A stretch of 64,000 nucleotides of DNA from an uncultured delta proteobacterium (lineage in GTDB: Bacteria; Myxococcota_A; Polyangia; Polyangiales; Polyangiaceae): positions 1,024,001-1,088,000 of the forward strand of contig CAWKKR010000007.1 in assembly GCA_963850305.1 (NCBI GenBank), given 5' to 3'. How positions within the stretch are numbered: position 1 is the stretch's first letter; every line of letters starts with the position of its first letter. Shown piece after piece: positions 18,693-27,233 of the stretch. Both the position numbers and the translations under genes were made by a program. The notes beneath the pieces were generated by a model. The model saw only the letters and a list, made by a program, of their open reading frames with translations, was not told the origin of the DNA and searched no databases.

Positions 18693-21304
18693 TCGGGAAC
18701 CTCGCGATCGATCGAGGCCACCACGAGGGCTTCGGCAGCACGCACCGCCTCTGCGGTGGGAGTGACGAGCTCGAGCTTTCCGTCGACGTTTCGGATGACT
18801 CCCTGATCGAGCAAGGACGCGAAAGCGTTCTTGAGCGTAGGCTGACTGACGGCTTCGGGGCGCTCCACTTCTCCAGTGAAGAACATGCGGTGGCCCGTGT
18901 GCAAGGTCTTCCTGACGAGCTCGCGCTCGGGCATGGGCCCCTTGAGCAGTGCGCCGAGTCCGCGCGCGGCGACTCGATACGCCTCGAGGAAGTTTCGGAC
19001 GAATGCCGCGTAGGTGAGGAGCCACTCACGGCCACTCCAGCCGAGCCGTCCGGGTCCGGGCGAAAGCTGCCCTCGGTCGTCCGTCACCACCTCGCCGGCG
19101 CGCTGCATGCGGAGGAGGGTCTCGTCGAAGATCTCCGCGAACGGCGCGTCGGCGCGGAATCGAAACTCGTGCTTGAAGAGACGCGAAAGCTTTTGCACCC
19201 GGTCGCGGACGCCGTCCCGGGACATCGGCGAACCCGGGTTGGCGAGCATGGCGACCGAGACCAGGCTCCGTTCGACGAAGAAGTGCACGATCATGTTCTT
19301 CGACGTGTCGAGCTCGAGGCGCTTGGAGTCCGGGATCGTGTAGATCGTACCGGGACCAACGGTATGGGGCCGGGCTTCGGTGTCGACGTCCGCGGGTGCG
19401 TGGGCTTCGATCAGGTCCGCGTCCGTGAAGAGTTGCGCCGCTTCGCGGATGGCCTCGGGCCTGAGATTACCGGAGGACGTCGCCATGCTCGGGGTCATTC
19501 GCGCGCCGAGCTCACAGAGCACCGTCACTAGGCGCCCACAGCGCTCGACCAACTCGTCGTGCGGAAGGCCCCGGTAGCCGTGCGAGAGCAGAGCAAGGGC
19601 CGTGATCGATCCCGGCGTGGCCGCCGTGACGCGATTGATCTCGTCCATGACGCGGTTGCCCAGCCGTGTGACGACGGCGCGTCGCTGCGCGGGGCGGAGA
19701 TCCGTTTTGCGAGGCAACCCGAGATCGTCCCGGAGGTCGTCGAGCGTCAGGATGGTCCCGAATTGAAGATTGATACGGCCGTAGCGGTGCCGCAGAACGT
19801 CCGTGGACCGGAGCAGGCCGGCGGCGTCCTCTTTGACCTTTTCACCGCCCGAGAGCTCGCGACCGTACGCTCCGGTCTCCACGATGCGTTCGTAGCCAAT
19901 ACTGATGGGCACGAAGCACGCCTGACGTTGCGGGACCGACAGCGCGGCTTCGACGATCATGCCGAGCAGGCCGAATTTCGGCGCCAGGAGCTTTCCCGTC
20001 CGGCTTCGTGCCCCCTCGACGAAGAGCTCGATCGGAAACCCGTCGCGGATCAGCCGGCGGATGTACGTATCGACGACGGAAGAGTAGAGCCGGTCTCCCT
20101 TGAACGATCGGCGGATGAAGAAGGCGCCGGCGCGACGGAAAATCGGACCGAGCGGAAAGAACGACAGGTTGTCTCCCGCCGCGATGAGCGGAAGCTGGAT
20201 GTTCTCGTCGTTGAAGACGTAGCTGAGGATCAAGAAATCGATGTAGCTCTTGTGGCTCGGGAGCAGCACGACGGAGCCCTCTTTGCTCGCTTCGCGCACG
20301 CGATCGAGTCCCTCGCGATCGACGTCGATCCCCGCGTAGATCCGATGGAACACGCGGTCGAGGAGCATCGCCAGGGCGCCGATCGTGGCGCCGTCCGGGA
20401 CGGCCTGGAGCTTCCGGAGCATCCCGAGCGCCTTCTCCGTGAGATCGAGTCGATTCTCGGCTGGCGTTTCGGCAAGCTGCTTGATCGTCGCCTGGAGTTT
20501 CGGACTCCGGACGAGCTCTTCACGAACGCGGTCAGGGGGTTTTTCTGCGGGGCCAATGACACTCCGGCGTTCTCGCTCGAGGCGTCTGAGGACGGCATAA
20601 ACAATCCGGCGAACGTGGTTCTCGTCGGAGGTCGCGGGGGCCGTGTCCAGGTACGCGCGCAGGTCGAGTGGCTCACCCGCCTTGAGCTCCACGTGCCGGT
20701 AGTTCGCGAGGAACTGCCCGACGGTGCGCACCGGGCTCGGCCATTCTCGGGGGCCTAGCAGGAAGTCGAGCGCGCGGGTGCCGCGAGTGTCGGGTCGTTT
20801 CGTCCACACGAACACTTGCGGCAAGAGCAGGATCCGGTGCGACGGATTGGCGCGCTGCACGTCGAGCAGCGTGCGGATGAGCTCATCGCCCTCTTTCAAG
20901 CCCCGTCCGCCCGTCGCGCCCGTCGCGACGTCGAGAACTCCCGGTGGTCGTTTCAGAAACAGGGCAGCAGAGCCGCCATTCTCGATTGCGTTCCGGAGCT
21001 GGGCCGCAGGTGAGCCTGAAGGCCCCGGAATGAATGCCTTCATGAATCCCTGACCCATCCAGGCGCCCAGGTCATTCGCGAATTTGATCTCCGGGAGACC
21101 GAAGCGTTGAGTCAGGCGATCGAGCGCCAGGAAGTCGACGAAGTTGAGGTTTCGAAGCACGTAAACGACCGTCCCGCCCGCGGCGAGCCCGCGCACCGAG
21201 CGCATCCACGCTTCATCGACCTGGATGGAGTCGAAGAACTTGCTGTAGACGGCTTGAAGTGCGAGCGTGGGCCGATAAGTCGTGCTGGTCGCGCGTTTCG
21301 CCAT
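18689..21304 (-). CDS. plsB: Glycerol-3-phosphate acyltransferase
   Basis: PSHKSYIDF (HX4D), AAGDNL, GAFFIRRSF, FVEGARSRTGKLL, PISIGYE. Confidence 0.9.
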   Translation of the reverse strand: MAKRATSTTYRPTLALQAVYSKFFDSIQVDEAWMRSVRGLAAGGTVVYVLRNLNFVDFLALDRLTQRFGLPEIKFANDLGAWMGQGFMKAFIPGPSGSPAAQLRNAIENGGSAALFLKRPPGVLDVATGATGGRGLKEGDELIRTLLDVQRANPSHRILLLPQVFVWTKRPDTRGTRALDFLLGPREWPSPVRTVGQFLANYRHVELKAGEPLDLRAYLDTAPATSDENHVRRIVYAVLRRLERERRSVIGPAEKPPDRVREELVRSPKLQATIKQLAETPAENRLDLTEKALGMLRKLQAVPDGATIGALAMLLDRVFHRIYAGIDVDREGLDRVREASKEGSVVLLPSHKSYIDFLILSYVFNDENIQLPLIAAGDNLSFFPLGPIFRRAGAFFIRRSFKGDRLYSSVVDTYIRRLIRDGFPIELFVEGARSRTGKLLAPKFGLLGMIVEAALSVPQRQACFVPISIGYERIVETGAYGRELSGGEKVKEDAAGLLRSTDVLRHRYGRINLQFGTILTLDDLRDDLGLPRKTDLRPAQRRAVVTRLGNRVMDEINRVTAATPGSITALALLSHGYRGLPHDELVERCGRLVTVLCELGARMTPSMATSSGNLRPEAIREAAQLFTDADLIEAHAPADVDTEARPHTVGPGTIYTIPDSKRLELDTSKNMIVHFFVERSLVSVAMLANPGSPMSRDGVRDRVQKLSRLFKHEFRFRADAPFAEIFDETLLRMQRAGEVVTDDRGQLSPGPGRLGWSGREWLLTYAAFVRNFLEAYRVAARGLGALLKGPMPERELVRKTLHTGHRMFFTGEVERPEAVSQPTLKNAFASLLDQGVIRNVDGKLELVTPTAEAVRAAEALVVASIDREVPE

Positions 21305-21341
21305 GAGATGGCCGCGCGACCTTACCGAGAGCTGACCCTCC

Positions 21342-22737
21342 GTGACAGGCCGAGCGACGTGGCTCCTTCTCGTACTAGTGTCGTCGCTGTTGCCGTCGGC
21401 GTGCAAGCGCGCTGTCTCCCGGGTGGCGAAGCCGGTCTCCCAGGTGGTCCCATCGGACTCTGCCGCACCGCCGCCGTCCCCGCCCGAGGAGCGCTGCGTC
21501 CCGGGCGAGCGCGGGCTCTTCTCGCTCGGGCACCCGACGCGCCCCAGGGTCGGCGACGAGCTGGATGATGACGGGGTCGAGCTGCCGTTCGCTCCGGAGG
21601 TCGGTTCTGCGACGGCGTTTACGGGTGGCTTCGCAGTCGGGGCCCTGGAGCCGGACCGGAAGTCGACGAACGCCGTGCTTGTCGTGTTCTCCTTGTCGCC
21701 TCCCGGCGGAAAAAAGATAGACCTCGGAGCGGTCCACGGCGACGTCTTGCCGCCGAGCGTTGCGGGGGAAGCCGGCTTCCTGGTCGCCGCCGTGCCCGAC
21801 GGTGCGCCTAATGGAGCGCTCCTCCGCCTGGTCCGCGTCGACGACCCGACCGGATCTGCCCGGATCACGTGGGGTGCGGTCACGCAGGTTCCGCGTAATG
21901 ACTCGGACGTCTATGCAATCGACGTGGCGGGGACCACGGGTCTCCTCGCGTGGGACGCATGGGACTCCGGCGGAGATCACGGCATCATTCGCGCGGTCTC
22001 CTTTGCATCCATGGACATCATGAAGACGAGCCCGCCCGTCGTGTGGTCCGACGCGCACGATGACGCGGAGGGGCCGATGCTCGCAGCTCGGACGGGGGGA
22101 TTCTGGGCGGCATGGATCGTCAACGTGAAACGCGCCCCGTCCAGGAAGGAGCGGGACGAATCCACGGGTGCCCCGGAAGTCGTCGACATGGGGCCGCGGT
22201 ACGTGATGCTGGCGCCCCTCGATGAACTCGGGCGCCCGAGCGGAACTCCCGAAGCCGTGACGCCCAAAGACGGGCACGTTACCGGTTTCGATTCTCGCGT
22301 CACTCCCCGACGGAAGTGCGATGGTGGCCTGGCGCGACGATCTGACGGCCCCGGGAACGCCCGGCGGCGTCGTGCACCTGGTGGTCGCGCGGCAAGGGGG
22401 GACGGTCGAGTCGCGAGTCGTCGCCAACGATGACGTGACCGTGGGCACGCCGTCGTTGCTCGTCGATGCGACGCCGACCAGCGAAGTGGCCGGATGGCTC
22501 GAGCTCACCGACGAAGCGGACGCCGCCAGACTCGCCGCACTCGACGGGGATGCGCGCGTCGTCGATACGCTCGGCGTCGAACGCAACGTCGGCACCGGCC
22601 AGGCCCTTGCCGTTCGCGGAGGGCGCGTGCTCGTTGCGTGGCCGCGCGGAAAGGGTGTTGAGTTCGGTGTCCTTGCATGCAACAAGGGACGCGGCGGCGC
22701 TCCGGCGCCCGGCGCCGGCGGGAACCCCGTGCCGTGA
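21342..22737 (+). pseudogene. Hypothetical lipoprotein interrupted by a single-base frameshift (pseudogene or sequencing error)
   Basis: Lipobox-like PSAC. ORFs 21342-22433 and 22321-22737 join into ~464 aa if one T at 22292/22293 is removed (GFD-LASLPDGSAMVAW). Confidence 0.7.
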
Positions 22738-22739
22738 CC

Positions 22740-23357
22740 CTACTCGACGATCCTGATTCCAGGGCCCCCTCGTGGGCGGGTCATGCCGAGGGTAGACGCC
22801 ACACTCTCGGCTTGCTTTTTCCCGAGGAACACCTCGACCAGATGCAGCGCCGCGTCCATCGCGCCGAGCGGCGTCGCTGCCGTGAGGGCCTTGCCGGCCT
22901 CGCGGAACCGGGAATCTCCGTCCGCACGTGCCGTCGGGGCAAGCTCTGCCAGGCGTTCCTCGACGTCGCCCCGGACCGAGACGTCGAGGCCGTCGAGCAC
23001 GCCCGCCTTCGCGAAGGGTAACACGCCGTTCCCGATTCCGACCAGTCGAGTTGCCGAAGCGGACACCGCTCGGAGCCAGGCAATCAGCCGATCGTCGGTC
23101 AGAGCCCGGCGCGCGCCGTATCCGCCGGGTACGACGACAACCTCCGGGGCCGGACAGTCGTCGAGGGGACCGGCGTTCAAGGGAAGCTGATTGCGCGTTG
23201 CAACGAGCCCCGGGACGGACGAGACCGTGAACAGCTTGAAGGGACGAAAGTTCCAGTTCCGCCCGGCAGTGGTCCAGACGGAGACCGGTCCGGCGACGTC
23301 CAGAATCTCGACCTCGTCGAACAACACGATCGCGACGGAGCGGGAACTCGTCCGCAT
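22740..23357 (-). CDS. DJ-1/PfpI family protein
   Basis: VAIVLFDEVEILDVAGP, VVVPGGYG, MDAALHLV. The usual nucleophile Cys position reads GIGNG. Confidence 0.85.
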   Translation of the reverse strand: MRTSSRSVAIVLFDEVEILDVAGPVSVWTTAGRNWNFRPFKLFTVSSVPGLVATRNQLPLNAGPLDDCPAPEVVVVPGGYGARRALTDDRLIAWLRAVSASATRLVGIGNGVLPFAKAGVLDGLDVSVRGDVEERLAELAPTARADGDSRFREAGKALTAATPLGAMDAALHLVEVFLGKKQAESVASTLGMTRPRGGPGIRIVE

Positions 23358-23443
23358 TCACCTCCACGGTACCCGATGACGCATCGGACCACCCGAAAAG
23401 CGGCGTCCCGCCAAAAACTCGAGACCGCGCTCGGTTCTCAAGC

Positions 23444-24208
23444 TCAGGGGAAGGGCGCTGCCTTGACCGGGGCGAGCCTCACCCGCGGCTGCAAGAACCG
23501 GTCGATGTAGCCGCTGAGGGCCACAGTGCCGCTCGCGTTAGTCGTCACCTGGATCGCGCTCGTGCCGTTCAGGTGCCAGCCTTCGGTCAAGGTGTCGAAC
23601 TTGTACGTCGAAAGCGGCGGAAGCGTCACGGACCTGAAGTCCGTCGACGAGAGGTTCGAGAAGTCGATCTCGAACGGGTAATCGCTCTGGCTCGTGACGA
23701 CCATGACGACGCGAAGGGTGCCGTTCAAGTAGGGCACGCGATAGGAGCCGCCCGTGAAGACGCTGCCTCCCGTCGAGAACAGTGCCCCTCCGTACTGCAC
23801 GTACGTTTGAAATACGGACTGGTCGGTCTCCGCGGTCGACTGGAGAAGGATGGTACCGTACCCGCCCGCGAAGGCCGAATTCAGCAGGTTGACGTCGTGC
23901 TCGACGGTTGCCTCTGCCGGGACGTTGACGGTGCTGACGAGGACGGGTGCTGCGGCCGTATGTGTCGTATCCGTCGTCTTGTCGCCGACGTAATAGATCT
24001 GCACCGTGACGGGGTTCACGTCGGTGGTGAGCGTCACCGTTGCAGATAGCGTGTCCACCAGATTGATGATCGTATTGTCCGCGAACTGCGACTTCTGCGT
24101 GACCGCTCCGATGGCGTCGTTGCCCGGAGCTTCCGTGCCCGACAGATCTTGTCCCCCGGAGCAGCCCGCCAAGAGTGCGAGACTGGCGATCAGCGTGTAC
24201 GACCTCAT
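23444..24208 (-). CDS. Hypothetical beta-rich lipoprotein
   Basis: MRSYTLIASLALLAGC lipobox, AGGAGG RBS, typical high-GC3 codon usage. Confidence 0.75.
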   Translation of the reverse strand: MRSYTLIASLALLAGCSGGQDLSGTEAPGNDAIGAVTQKSQFADNTIINLVDTLSATVTLTTDVNPVTVQIYYVGDKTTDTTHTAAAPVLVSTVNVPAEATVEHDVNLLNSAFAGGYGTILLQSTAETDQSVFQTYVQYGGALFSTGGSVFTGGSYRVPYLNGTLRVVMVVTSQSDYPFEIDFSNLSSTDFRSVTLPPLSTYKFDTLTEGWHLNGTSAIQVTTNASGTVALSGYIDRFLQPRVRLAPVKAAPFP

Positions 24209-24496
24209 GTGCTTCCTCCTTATGTGACGTGCCGAGCGCAAAGATCGGCAGACTTCACAATCTTCCCGTTCGGGGCGATGGCCAAGAACATTCGAAGGCG
24301 CACCTTCGCTTCGCGAAGTAGGCGCACGTCCGTGCATTCGAGGGACGTGTGGCCGTTCGAAGATCCGGTATGAATCAGGCCAGATCGTCATGCGCTGGAG
24401 CGTCGAACCTGAGATACTCACCCACAGGAAGCGCGACACTCACACGCCGTCGCTTTGGTGTTGGGAAATGTGTGCTCCGGTACGCGCTTCTCGCGA

Positions 24497-25513
24497 TCAC
24501 ACGTGTGGATTCCAACACGCGACGCGATGCCCGCTGCCCCGATCGGTCTCGCGAAGCCGGGGGAGCTCGACGTTGCAGGTTCCGGCGAGGGCGCGCGGAC
24601 ATCGGGGATGAAACGCGCAGCCACGCGGCGGGTCCAGCGCATCTCCCGGCTCACCGTCGAGCACGATTTGGAGCTTCTTTCGGGAGGGAAGCGCGGTCGG
24701 GGTCGCGCTGATCAGCGCCCGTGTGTATGGGTGGAGTCGCCGCTCGAACAACGAGGCAGTCGGACCGGTTTCCACGATCCGTCCGAGGTACATCACCGCG
24801 ACGCGCTGGCTCATGAATTCCACGACCCGGAGGTCGTGCGAGACGAAGAGATACGAGAGCGCCAGCTCTTCCTGGAGGTCGAGCAGAAGATTCACCACCC
24901 GCGCCTCGACGGAAGGGTCGAGGGCGCTGACGGGGTCGTCGCAAACGATGAAGCTCGGTTCCGCGGCAAGCGCGCGAGCAATTCCGATTCGCTGTCGTTG
25001 ACCCCCGCTGAATTCGTGGGGGCGACGGTGCATGTCATCCGGGCGCAACCCCACCTTTTCCAGCAATGCGGTCACGCGGGCATCGATGGCCCCTCGATCG
25101 GTGACCAGGCGATGAACGCGGATCGCCTCCGCAATCGTGTTGCCCGCTGTCATCCGCGGATCGAGTGAAGCGTTCGGGTCTTGAAAGATGATCTGCATGC
25201 GCCTCCGGAGTGGGCGGACTTCATGCTCCGTCTTCCGGGTGATCTCGACGCCGTCGAACACGACGCGCCCGACGGTGGGTTCGACGAGACCAAGGATGGT
25301 CCGGGCAAGCGTCGTCTTGCCCGAGCCACTTTCGCCGACCAGGCCGAGGGTCTCCCCCCGTCGAACGTAAAGCGAAACGTCATTCACGGCGCGCAGCAGG
25401 TTCTTCCCCGAGAGCGGAGAGGTTCGAACCTCGAATACCTTCGTCAACCGATCGACACGGAGGAGCGGTGCTGCGCGGTCCGGCAATCGACCATCGTCGT
25501 CGGCGAGGGTCAC
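24497..25513 (-). CDS. Oligopeptide/dipeptide ABC ATP-binding protein (OppF-like)
   Basis: GESGSGKTT, FSGGQRQRIGIARAL, CDDPVSALD, HPYT, C-terminal GCAFHPRC. Confidence 0.92.
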   Translation of the reverse strand: MTLADDDGRLPDRAAPLLRVDRLTKVFEVRTSPLSGKNLLRAVNDVSLYVRRGETLGLVGESGSGKTTLARTILGLVEPTVGRVVFDGVEITRKTEHEVRPLRRRMQIIFQDPNASLDPRMTAGNTIAEAIRVHRLVTDRGAIDARVTALLEKVGLRPDDMHRRPHEFSGGQRQRIGIARALAAEPSFIVCDDPVSALDPSVEARVVNLLLDLQEELALSYLFVSHDLRVVEFMSQRVAVMYLGRIVETGPTASLFERRLHPYTRALISATPTALPSRKKLQIVLDGEPGDALDPPRGCAFHPRCPRALAGTCNVELPRLRETDRGSGHRVACWNPHV

Positions 25514-26517
25514 GCGCTGGGGCTCCCGAAATGACAGCGCACGCTCCGACCCGGAGAGAGCTCGGTCATCGCAGGTTCTGCGTCGCGGCAGCGATCATTC
25601 CCGTCCACGCCCGATTGTCTCAGCGAGCAGCGTTCCGCGAACCGGCAGCCGCCCCCGAGCCGAGCCAGATCCGGGGCGGTCCCGGCGATGGCGTGCAGGC
25701 GCCGCGGACGGCCACCCGGTGGTGTGCGAGCGTTGAGGCCGCTCGCGAGTAGCTCCCTCGTATACGGATGTCGTGGGTCGAAAAAAATGGATTCGACCGG
25801 AGCCGACTCCACTACTCGACCGGCATAAACGATCACTACTTCGCTGGCAAACTCTGCCACGACCCCGAGATCGTGGGTGATGAACAGGATTGCCATGCCG
25901 AGTTCGGCCTGCAGCCGCTTCAGGAGCTCCAGCACTTGCGCTTGACTGGATACGTCGAGCGCCGTGGTGGGCTCGTCCGCGATGAGCAGGGCGGGGCGAC
26001 ACGCAAGTGCCATAGCGAGCATCACGCGTTGCCGCATCCCATCCGACAGCTCGTGTGGATACGCATCGGCTCGAGCCTCGGGCGTGGAAATACCGACGCT
26101 CGCCAGCAACTCGATCGCGCGCTTGCGCGCACCGCTACGAGTTTCAGGCTGGTGGAGACGGATGACCTCCGCAATCTGGGATCCGACCGAATAGACGGGG
26201 TTCAGCAGCTCCTTCGGTTCCTGGAAGACCATGGAGATCCCGGGGCCCCGAACCGCCCCGAGCTCCCGGTCGGACATCGCCAGGAGGTTGGAACCTGCGA
26301 ACGAGACTTCCCCGCGTTCGATGGATCCCGACGGCGACGCAATGAGTCGCAAGATCGACAGGGCGATGACGCTCCTGCCCGAGCCGCTCTCTCCCACCAG
26401 CGCGACGGTCGTGCCCGGATTCACGTCGAACGAAACCCCGTCGACGGCCCGCAAGGGGCCTCTGCCCGTGTCGAAGCGCACGGTGAGGTCCCGCACCCGG
26501 AGCAACGGCGCATTCAT
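25510..26517 (-). CDS. Oligopeptide/dipeptide ABC ATP-binding protein (OppD-like)
   Basis: GESGSGRSV, YPHELSDGMRQR, ADEPTTALD, HPYT, GCRFAERC. Confidence 0.92.
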   Translation of the reverse strand: MNAPLLRVRDLTVRFDTGRGPLRAVDGVSFDVNPGTTVALVGESGSGRSVIALSILRLIASPSGSIERGEVSFAGSNLLAMSDRELGAVRGPGISMVFQEPKELLNPVYSVGSQIAEVIRLHQPETRSGARKRAIELLASVGISTPEARADAYPHELSDGMRQRVMLAMALACRPALLIADEPTTALDVSSQAQVLELLKRLQAELGMAILFITHDLGVVAEFASEVVIVYAGRVVESAPVESIFFDPRHPYTRELLASGLNARTPPGGRPRRLHAIAGTAPDLARLGGGCRFAERCSLRQSGVDGNDRCRDAEPAMTELSPGRSVRCHFGSPSA

Positions 26518-26541
26518 GCGACGACGTTACCACGCGCCCCG

Positions 26542-27192
26542 CTACCGGTTCGGGTCCGACAGATACACATCCAGGCGCGGCGGGGCGCCGCCGCCGAGGC
26601 CCGTGAGGAGCGCCACCTCGTCGCCACCCGCTCGTGCAGTGACGGCAATGCCCGAATCACTTTCGCGGCGGGCGAGGGATCGAACGATCTCCGTGACGTC
26701 GACTCGCGCCAGCATCGCCGGGCCCGCTCGCGCAAAACCCCTGGCTTCGGGGGCCAGCAAGGGTGGACGCACCCCTGCGGCGATCCGTTCGGGCGACCAG
26801 GGAGCTCCCAGGGTCCAGACCGAAAGCGCGACGTCGTCGGAGGCGGGCATTGTATCCGGGGACGGTTCGAGGAGAAGGAAAGCCGCCGCCACATGGCCCC
26901 TGGGCTTCCAGTTCGAATCGAACTCGAGATAGAGAACCGAGCTACGCCGGCCCCCCAGCAGGACCGTCGCCGCCCGCTCGCCACCGTCTCCTCCCACGGT
27001 TTCGATGATCGGTTCGAGCACGATTCGACGCACCTGTGCCGGAACGGGCTCGAAGCCGGCCGTGACGCATCGGTCGGCAAGACACTCGTGCCCCTTCCCG
27101 CACGTCTCGCCGAGGCAGGGGTTGCCGAGCGGCGAACATCCGAGCGCGGTCAGCGCTACGAAGAGCAGCGATGTCGAGCGGAACCCAGTCAC
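26542..27192 (-). CDS. Hypothetical lipoprotein
   Basis: GTG start giving lipobox ALGC, a short Cys cluster, then a beta-rich domain; co-oriented with its neighbours. Confidence 0.6.
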   Translation of the reverse strand: MTGFRSTSLLFVALTALGCSPLGNPCLGETCGKGHECLADRCVTAGFEPVPAQVRRIVLEPIIETVGGDGGERAATVLLGGRRSSVLYLEFDSNWKPRGHVAAAFLLLEPSPDTMPASDDVALSVWTLGAPWSPERIAAGVRPPLLAPEARGFARAGPAMLARVDVTEIVRSLARRESDSGIAVTARAGGDEVALLTGLGGGAPPRLDVYLSDPNR

Positions 27193-27233
27193 GGTGCCTC
27201 GAGTCTTGCTCGTTGATCCGCCGGCGACAACGC

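Noticed and set aside
21305..21883. N-terminal extension of plsB in the ORF track (1064 aa)
   Set aside because: It is antisense to the plus-strand lipoprotein gene and low in complexity; ATG at 21304 is more plausible.
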